A stretch of DNA of 24,000 nucleotides. Source: Alteracholeplasma palmae J233 (GTDB lineage Bacteria; Bacillota_I; Bacilli_A; Acholeplasmatales; Acholeplasmataceae). This document shows, one piece after another, positions 17,730 through 24,000 of the stretch. Within the stretch, counting starts at the first letter, position 1; the number at the start of each line of letters is the position of its first letter. The stretch spans positions 755,499 to 779,498 of the forward strand of contig NC_022538.1 of NCBI RefSeq assembly GCF_000968055.1, written 5' to 3'. The notes beneath the pieces were generated by a model, which ran no database searches, was not told where the DNA came from, and saw only the letters and a program-made list of their open reading frames with translations. A program made the translations under genes and the position numbers.

Positions 17730-17876
17730 GTGAAAACATTAAAATTACTTGAGAATAAAATAGATACAACCAAAATGAAAAAGCCTTCATTTTTGATGGT
17801 CTTAACTGGAAGCAGTTATTCATATATAAGAGAAGGTGGTATATTAGTAGTCTCTATAGCATCATTAAAAGATTAA
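17730..17876 (+). pseudogene. Possible C-terminal remnant of a larger AAA-family ATPase
   Basis: Open stretch VKTLKLLENKIDTTKMKKPSFLMVLTGSSYSYIREGGILVVSIASLKD* resembles the C-terminus of archaeal-ATPase-like bacterial proteins ('...PSLMVIT..GYAYTREDGV.VVPIGCLKD'). No upstream body is present. Confidence 0.45.
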
Positions 17877-17898
17877 ATATTATTATACTTAAATAGAA

Positions 17899-17931
17899 AA
17901 AAGGATATCTTCACATTTAAGATATCCTTTT
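17899..17931. terminator. Bidirectional terminator downstream of the tetR-like gene
   Basis: Perfect 13-bp stem AAAAGGATATCTT / AAGATATCCTTTT, 7-nt loop CACATTT. Confidence 0.8.
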
Positions 17932-17955
17932 GTAATATAAAGGTTATTTATAAAA

Positions 17956-18525
17956 TTATGCAAAGCTCTTAATAATAGATTCCAATAAATTATCAAGTTG
18001 TTCTTTACTAGCATAGAACTTAGGCTTAATTTGTGTATACATATCACACATTTGGAAAAATAATTCCATAGTAATAGAAGGTCTGATGAGTTTTGCTTCT
18101 AAACATGAGGTATATAATTTAATCATTGCAGGATATGAACCTTGATACAGGTTTAAAACATAATCTTTTATTTCTTTATTTAATCCAGAATAAACATATT
18201 CTTGAATCGATTCTTGGTAAGGATTTTCAGTAAAAGTATTAAAAGTAAACTTAAAGTAGTTCATGAGCTTATCATAGGCACTACAATCACTTTCTAAAAT
18301 TTTAACAACAGAACAAATCGCTTCATTGGCATGAAGTTTTAAAACCTCGGTTATTAAAATATCTTTACTTCCAAATATATTATAAATAGTTACTTGAGAG
18401 ACATGAGCTCTTTTTTTTATATCATCAATTGTAATATGATGAATACTTTTTTCTTTTAATAGTAACTTAGTAGCTTCTAAGATGTCATTTCTTTTTTTTA
18501 GCGTTCTTTCAATATGTTTTCCCAA
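17956..18525 (-). CDS. TetR family transcriptional regulator
   Basis: N-terminal HTH: RNDILEATKLLLKEKSIHHITIDDIKKRAHVSQVTIYNIFGSKDILITEV. GGAGG followed by TTG GGA AAA CAT suggests the TTG at 18525 as start; the listed ORF reaches 18546. Confidence 0.8.
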   Translation of the reverse strand: MGKHIERTLKKRNDILEATKLLLKEKSIHHITIDDIKKRAHVSQVTIYNIFGSKDILITEVLKLHANEAICSVVKILESDCSAYDKLMNYFKFTFNTFTENPYQESIQEYVYSGLNKEIKDYVLNLYQGSYPAMIKLYTSCLEAKLIRPSITMELFFQMCDMYTQIKPKFYASKEQLDNLLESIIKSFA

Positions 18526-18708
18526 TATAAACACCTCCGTTAACAATGTGAATTATAACATAAAAAAATAAATAAGTCTTTTAATATAGGCTTAAAGAAA
18601 TATGTAAAACAACTAAATCGTATTTATAATATGCTAATTATCTTCACATATTTGAATATAACTATAATAAAAGTTTTAATTGTGCTAAAATATATTTAGG
18701 TGAATCAA

Positions 18709-20448
18709 ATGTTAGAAGAAAAATTAAAAAATCTACCCCTTAACCCAGGTTGCTATCTAATGAAAAATAAGGATGGCTTGGTTATTTATGTAGGTAAAGC
18801 TAAAATATTAAAAAATAGAGTGAAAAGTTACTTTACTGGTTCACATAATAAAAAAACAGCTCTTTTAGTTTCTGAAATAGCTGATTTTTCATATGTAATG
18901 ACTAACAGTGAACAAGAATCACTTATTTTAGAAGCTAATTTAATTAAACAATATTCACCTAAGTATAATATTAGATTAATGGATGATAAAACGTATCCTT
19001 ATATTGAAATAACAAGTGAAAAAGATCCAATGTTAGTCGTTTCTAGATATAAAGAAGTTCCTAAAAATGCTATTTTATTTGGACCTTATCCTAACGCCAC
19101 AAGCGCTAAAGAAACAGTTAAACTTCTACATAAATTATACCCACTTAGAAGATGTAACCCAATTGCACCTAAACCATGTATTTATTATCATATTGGTCAA
19201 TGCTTAGGACCTTGTTGCCACAATGGTGAGATAGACTATAAACCGAATATAGAATCTATTACTAGATTTTTAAAAGGTGATAATAAAGACGCTTTAAAAA
19301 GACTTAAAATGCTCATGGAAAAGGCATCTGAAGAGTTATCATTTGAAATGGCTATTGAATATCGAGATATGATAGAACATGTTAAAACCACAACAGAAAA
19401 ACAAGTCATGCGTATTAATGACTTAAAAGACAGAGATTTTATAGCCTATACTCATAATGAGGATGATATTGCAATACACATTCTAAAAATGAGACAAGGA
19501 AGAATCTTAGATACGCATCAAAGTGTCTTTTCATATATTGGAGATATTAAAGAAAATGTTTTAACCTATTTAGTTCAGCATTATCAAATAGAACTGAAAC
19601 CAGAAGAACTGGTTGTAGGTGAAACTTGGGAAAATGATGATTTAGAAACATTGTTAGAAACTAAAATCTATATTCCTAAAAAAGGTGATAAGAAGAAGTT
19701 ATACAATTTAGCATTAGATAATGCTAAAGAGGATCTTCTAAAACATCACTTAGTCTATAGAGTAAAAGATGAACTCAAACAAGAAGGTATGAACCAATTA
19801 TCTAAAATATTTGAAAAAGAAATTCAGCATATAGAAGTATTTGATAACGCTCAATTATTTGGAGTTGCCCCAATTTCTGCGATGATTACTTATAAAAACT
19901 TAAAGTTTGATAAGAACTTATATCGTAAGTATCACATAAAAACGGCAGTTGAGGATGATTATCAATCATTTAAAGAAGTTATTTATAGAAGATATCAAAG
20001 ATTATTAATAGAAAATAAAACGATGCCAGATCTAATTTTAGTAGATGGTGGCATTGGACAATTAAACGCAGCTTTAGAGACTTTAAATAATCTAGGGTTA
20101 AATATTCCAATAGGCGGACTTAAAAAGAATAATAAGCACCAATTAGAAGCCCTAGTCATCCCTAATGAAACTATCTTCTTAGATAAAAAATCTGAATTAT
20201 TTAAATTATTATTAAGCTTAAGTGAGGAAATCCATAGATTTGCGATTACCTTCCATAAGAAAACAAGAACAAAACAAGCTAATCTATCCGTATTTGATAA
20301 AATACCTGGATTAGGTGAAAAAAGAAAAAAAGCATTATTACAAACTTTTTCTGGCATCGATGAAATTAAAAATGCTAGTATCAAGCAACTCACAGATATC
20401 GGCATACCAGAAGCAGTCGCAAATAATCTTAAAGAGGTGTTAAAGTGA
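18709..20448 (+). CDS. uvrC: Excinuclease ABC subunit C
   Basis: GIY-YIG N-terminus (PLNPGCYLMKNKDGLVIYVGKAKILKNRVKSYF), RLMDDKTYPYI, LILVDGGIGQLNAA, helix-hairpin-helix C-terminus (KIPGLGEKRKKALLQTFSG). ATG 18709 is preceded by TAGGTG; GTG 18700 is the alternative start. Confidence 0.95.
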   Translation: MLEEKLKNLPLNPGCYLMKNKDGLVIYVGKAKILKNRVKSYFTGSHNKKTALLVSEIADFSYVMTNSEQESLILEANLIKQYSPKYNIRLMDDKTYPYIEITSEKDPMLVVSRYKEVPKNAILFGPYPNATSAKETVKLLHKLYPLRRCNPIAPKPCIYYHIGQCLGPCCHNGEIDYKPNIESITRFLKGDNKDALKRLKMLMEKASEELSFEMAIEYRDMIEHVKTTTEKQVMRINDLKDRDFIAYTHNEDDIAIHILKMRQGRILDTHQSVFSYIGDIKENVLTYLVQHYQIELKPEELVVGETWENDDLETLLETKIYIPKKGDKKKLYNLALDNAKEDLLKHHLVYRVKDELKQEGMNQLSKIFEKEIQHIEVFDNAQLFGVAPISAMITYKNLKFDKNLYRKYHIKTAVEDDYQSFKEVIYRRYQRLLIENKTMPDLILVDGGIGQLNAALETLNNLGLNIPIGGLKKNNKHQLEALVIPNETIFLDKKSELFKLLLSLSEEIHRFAITFHKKTRTKQANLSVFDKIPGLGEKRKKALLQTFSGIDEIKNASIKQLTDIGIPEAVANNLKEVLK

Positions 20449-21278
20449 AATATCAAATTACAGAAGTTGACTATACAAATAAAGTATTTTATTGTATTGT
20501 TAATGGAAAAAAGGAAATGTTTTATCTACCTAATAGACTATCAAAAGTATTTATGGAACATTTAGAAGAAGGTATGTTTGCCTCTTTTACGGTCTTAGAA
20601 AAAAGAAAAAAACATTTAAATCAGTATGCGTATCAAATTTCATACTTCACACAAATAGTAAGTTATCATCCAAGAAAAAGAGTTTTATATGATTTAGAAA
20701 ACTTAAGATCTCAAATGAGACAAGTTGTCAAACAATACTCTCATTTCTTATTTATAGATTTTGAAATGACTATGCCACACTATCATCAAAAAGAGTTTAA
20801 ACCTGAATTAATTCAAACAGGTTATGTTTTAACGGATGCTGCTGGGAATACCATTTTAGAAGACGGATACTATATTCTGCCAGTTGAAAAAGAAAGTATT
20901 AATAAGCGAACTAAAAAATTCTTACAATTAGATGAAGATTTATTTTTTGAAAAAGCAGTACCATATGCTAACTTTTATGAAAAACTTAAAAAAATTATCA
21001 AAGACTATCGCCCTCAACTAGTTGTATGGGGTAAAAATGATATTACTGCTTTACAAGAATCATATGATTTGCATAAAGTAAAAAGAATTACAAATGATAA
21101 AAGTTTTATTGATTTATTAAAATTACACAAAGATTATTTTAATTTAAAAGATGATATTGGATTATTTAAAGCATATAAACTTTATTATGATAAAAATGAA
21201 TTTCAAGTTCATGATGCTAAAGTGGATGCTTCTGTAACAAAATATGTATTTGATGCATTTTTAAAACAAATGAAATAA
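20445..21278 (+). CDS. DEDDh-type 3'-5' exonuclease (ERI-1/KapD-like)
   Basis: FLFIDFEMTM (DxE), LVVWGKNDITAL, HDAKVDASVT (H..D). GTG start overlaps the uvrC TGA stop (GTGA). Confidence 0.75.
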   Translation: MKYQITEVDYTNKVFYCIVNGKKEMFYLPNRLSKVFMEHLEEGMFASFTVLEKRKKHLNQYAYQISYFTQIVSYHPRKRVLYDLENLRSQMRQVVKQYSHFLFIDFEMTMPHYHQKEFKPELIQTGYVLTDAAGNTILEDGYYILPVEKESINKRTKKFLQLDEDLFFEKAVPYANFYEKLKKIIKDYRPQLVVWGKNDITALQESYDLHKVKRITNDKSFIDLLKLHKDYFNLKDDIGLFKAYKLYYDKNEFQVHDAKVDASVTKYVFDAFLKQMK

Positions 21279-21295
21279 AAAGAAGGTATGAGCAT

Positions 21296-23038
21296 ATGCA
21301 GTTTATATTTAATAAAATGGAAAAATATAAAAAAAAGGTAATCGGGTTACTTATATTTAAAGTAATTGGGACTTTAACAGATTTAGCTATTCCTTATTTA
21401 ACTGCATATATGATTGACCAATTAATCCCAACTTCAAGTAAAGATGATATTACTAAAATCATCTTACTTGGTATTCTTATGTTACTGGTTGTATTATTTG
21501 GATGGTTTTTCAATATGAAAGCTAATCGTATGGCAGAATATGTTGCTGCTTACACAGTAAGAGACATCCGATATGAGCTTTTTTCTAAAATAGAAACATT
21601 ATCTGCTAAACAAGTAGACGAATTAACTCAAACTTCTTTAATCTCAAGAATGACAACAGATACTTATAATATCTATAGTGCAGTAGGGAGTATACAAAGA
21701 CTAGGTGTGAGAGCTCCTATTTTGTTTATAGGTGGAATTGTAGTTTCTTTCTTTTTAGATTGGGTTTTAGCACTTATCATGGTCGCAATGATTCCTTTTA
21801 TCATGTACTTTTCACTTAGAACATCTAAAATGGGAAGACCTTTATATACTGATATTCAAGTGAAAGTAGATAAATTAATTAGAACTTTACGTGAAAATAT
21901 AACAGGTGCTAGAGTAGTAAAAGCCTTATCGATGGTAGAACATGAAAATTATAAGTTTGATCTTAATAATAAAGAAGTAGTTGAAAGTGAACTAAAGGCT
22001 ACTAAGTCTATGTCTAAAATTAGACCATTAGTCGATGTTATTATGAATTTAGGATTAGTAGTTGTACTTATTATAGGTGCTTATAGAGTGTTTAATAGTC
22101 AAACAAAAGTAGGAGAAATACTCGCTTTTGTTACTTATTTCACCATTATTTTGAATGCAACAATGTCACTTACAAGAGTTTTTATTCAAATGTCAAAAGC
22201 AACCGCTTCTAGTCTTAGAATCATCGAAGTTCTAGACTTTAAAACAGATATGAAAAATGGAAATATGGAAGTTTTTGAAGTCAATGAAACACCACACATA
22301 GAGTTTTCACATGTTTATTTTTCATATAATCAAAAAGGTGATCATCTAGAAGACATTAACTTTAAATTATATAAAGGACAAACCCTAGGTATATTAGGGG
22401 CAACAGGTTCTGGTAAAACAACTATCATCAATCTTATTATGAGATTTTACGATCCTTATCAAGGTGAAATTAAAATGTTTGGTAAAAATCTTAAAGACCT
22501 TGACTTAAGTGCTTTAAGAAAAAGTATCGGACTTGTCTTACAAACAGATTTAATTTTATCTGATACAATTTATGAAAACATTCAATTTAGTAGAAAAGAT
22601 ATTTTACCAGAAGATATTGAATTAGCTAAAACAATCGCACAAGCTAATTTTATTGATGAAATGCCAGAAAAAAATTATGAAAAAATGACACAAAGAGGAA
22701 CTAATATCTCAGGTGGACAAAAACAAAGACTTTTAATCGCAAGAGCTGTTGCCGGCAAACCTAAACTGTTGATTTTAGATGATGCATCTAGTGCCCTTGA
22801 CTATCAAACAGATATGAATATGAGATTATCACTTAAAGAACATTTAAGTGAAACAACTAAAATTATAGTGGCACAAAGAATAAGCAGTATTAAAGAAGCT
22901 GACTTAATTTTAGTGATTGAAGATGGAAAAATTATTGCAAGTGGTACACACGAAACACTAGAACAAACTTCAGAACAGTATCAAAACATTATTAAACATC
23001 AACTAGGAGGTGAGTTAAATGAATCAACAAACCACTAG
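21296..23038 (+). CDS. ABC exporter subunit (fused TMD-NBD), first of a heterodimeric pair
   Basis: Six-TM N-terminal half; Walker A GATGSGKTTI, signature ISGGQKQR, Walker B LLILDDASSALD, H-loop IIVAQRISSI. Confidence 0.9.
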   Translation: MQFIFNKMEKYKKKVIGLLIFKVIGTLTDLAIPYLTAYMIDQLIPTSSKDDITKIILLGILMLLVVLFGWFFNMKANRMAEYVAAYTVRDIRYELFSKIETLSAKQVDELTQTSLISRMTTDTYNIYSAVGSIQRLGVRAPILFIGGIVVSFFLDWVLALIMVAMIPFIMYFSLRTSKMGRPLYTDIQVKVDKLIRTLRENITGARVVKALSMVEHENYKFDLNNKEVVESELKATKSMSKIRPLVDVIMNLGLVVVLIIGAYRVFNSQTKVGEILAFVTYFTIILNATMSLTRVFIQMSKATASSLRIIEVLDFKTDMKNGNMEVFEVNETPHIEFSHVYFSYNQKGDHLEDINFKLYKGQTLGILGATGSGKTTIINLIMRFYDPYQGEIKMFGKNLKDLDLSALRKSIGLVLQTDLILSDTIYENIQFSRKDILPEDIELAKTIAQANFIDEMPEKNYEKMTQRGTNISGGQKQRLLIARAVAGKPKLLILDDASSALDYQTDMNMRLSLKEHLSETTKIIVAQRISSIKEADLILVIEDGKIIASGTHETLEQTSEQYQNIIKHQLGGELNESTNH

Positions 23039-24000
23039 AAGATCAGGAAATGATGGCACTCAACGTGCTAAAAATAAAAAATATGTGATTAAACGCCTAT
23101 GGCATTATCTTTCTTTTTACCGATTAAAATTATTGACAGGTTTTATTCTAACAATACTTGCTAACTCTTTATCTTTAGTAGGACCTTACTTAATTGGAAA
23201 AATGATTGGGGCCATGGAAAATGGCGTTGAGTTTAGATCAGTTTATATTGTAGGCTGTTTAATGGTTGCTTTTTATGTTATTAGTGCAATACTTAACTAT
23301 TACTTATCAATTGCAATGGCAAAAATTGCTCAAGGAGTCGTTTATAAATTAAGAGAAGATTTATTTAGTAAAATTACAAGAGTCTCTGTTTCTTATTTTG
23401 ACACTCACCTAACAGGTGATATCATTAGTAGAATGAGTTATGACATTGATACTATCAGTACATCATTAGCAAGTGATGTGATGAGCATTATTACAAGTTT
23501 TATTACTTTAATCGTGTCATTTGTTATGATGATGATTATGTCACCTGTATTAGTTTTAGTATTTATACTTACGATTCCTTTAACTTTCTTTGTTACAGGA
23601 AAAATGTCTAAATCAATTAAGAAACGACTCAGATTAAGAAACCAACAATTAGCTTACTTAAATGGCTATACTGAAGAAATGATTACAGCACAAAAAACAA
23701 TACAATCTTATGTGCAAGAAGATAATATATTAGAAAAATTTGATGAAATTAACTTAGAAACTGCCAAAAGAAGTTATCATTCAGGTAAGTTATCTACAAT
23801 AGTTGGACCCACTGTTAACTTTATTAATAACTTATCAGTTGTTTTAGTCACAACTGTTGGCGGTATTTTAAAAGTCTTTGGATATATTGATCTAGCAAGC
23901 CTTTCTAGCTTCATGCTTTATTCTAGAAGATTTTCAGGACCAATTAATCAAATGAGTAATATAGTTGCTGATATCCAAAGTGCGTTAGCTGCTGCTGAAC
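23019..24000 (+). CDS. ABC exporter, second subunit (TMD portion only; truncated by window end)
   Basis: AGGAGGTG at 23005-23012 before ATG 23019; open to the window end (MNQQTTRRSGNDGTQRAKNKKYVIKRLWHYLSFYRLKLLTGFILTILANSLSLVGPYLIGKMIGAM...); YFDTHLTGDIISRMSYDIDTI typical of ABC exporter TMDs. Confidence 0.9.
   Translation, partial: MNQQTTRRSGNDGTQRAKNKKYVIKRLWHYLSFYRLKLLTGFILTILANSLSLVGPYLIGKMIGAMENGVEFRSVYIVGCLMVAFYVISAILNYYLSIAMAKIAQGVVYKLREDLFSKITRVSVSYFDTHLTGDIISRMSYDIDTISTSLASDVMSIITSFITLIVSFVMMMIMSPVLVLVFILTIPLTFFVTGKMSKSIKKRLRLRNQQLAYLNGYTEEMITAQKTIQSYVQEDNILEKFDEINLETAKRSYHSGKLSTIVGPTVNFINNLSVVLVTTVGGILKVFGYIDLASLSSFMLYSRRFSGPINQMSNIVADIQSALAAAE

Noticed and set aside
19995-20456. 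153-aa ORF overlapping the 3' end of uvrC
   Set aside because: Lies opposite a conserved uvrC C-terminus with recognisable HhH motifs; no motifs of its own.
1-24000. CRISPR arrays, tRNA or rRNA genes, insertion sequences
   Set aside because: No regularly spaced repeats, tRNA-like cloverleafs, rRNA segments or transposase motifs noticed by eye; a tRNAscan/CRISPR finder run would be needed for certainty.

Overview
AT-rich bacterial window, Firmicutes/Mollicutes-like. TGA is used as a stop (APC permease gene, uvrC), so this is not the Mycoplasma code; an Acholeplasma-like origin is only an inference. Ordinary content: Eis-like GNAT acetyltransferase, APC permease, a DUF2177 / DAK2-DegV fusion / DUF1295 operon, TetR regulator, uvrC, DEDDh exonuclease, and a two-subunit ABC exporter (second subunit truncated by the window end). 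Less ordinary content: (1) a tight four-gene operon (2..5093) with a cadherin-like surface domain protein, a GGDEF/EAL-like protein lacking the catalytic motifs, a membrane-anchored McrB/MoxR-type AAA+ ATPase and a charged coiled-coil protein; (2) a RloA/RloB (AbiL-like) ATPase + RloB pair (5361..7453) with a consensus promoter; (3) a tyrosine recombinase next to a ~3 kb segment bounded by a perfect 25-bp inverted repeat (14395..14419 / 17410..17434). Each repeat carries the ribosome-binding site of one of two inward-facing genes: a membrane STAND-like NTPase and a divergent SHMT-like PLP enzyme. The third locus looks like a candidate invertible expression switch and is my top finding, but inversion itself cannot be shown from one sequence. 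All family names come from motif recognition by eye, with no database search.
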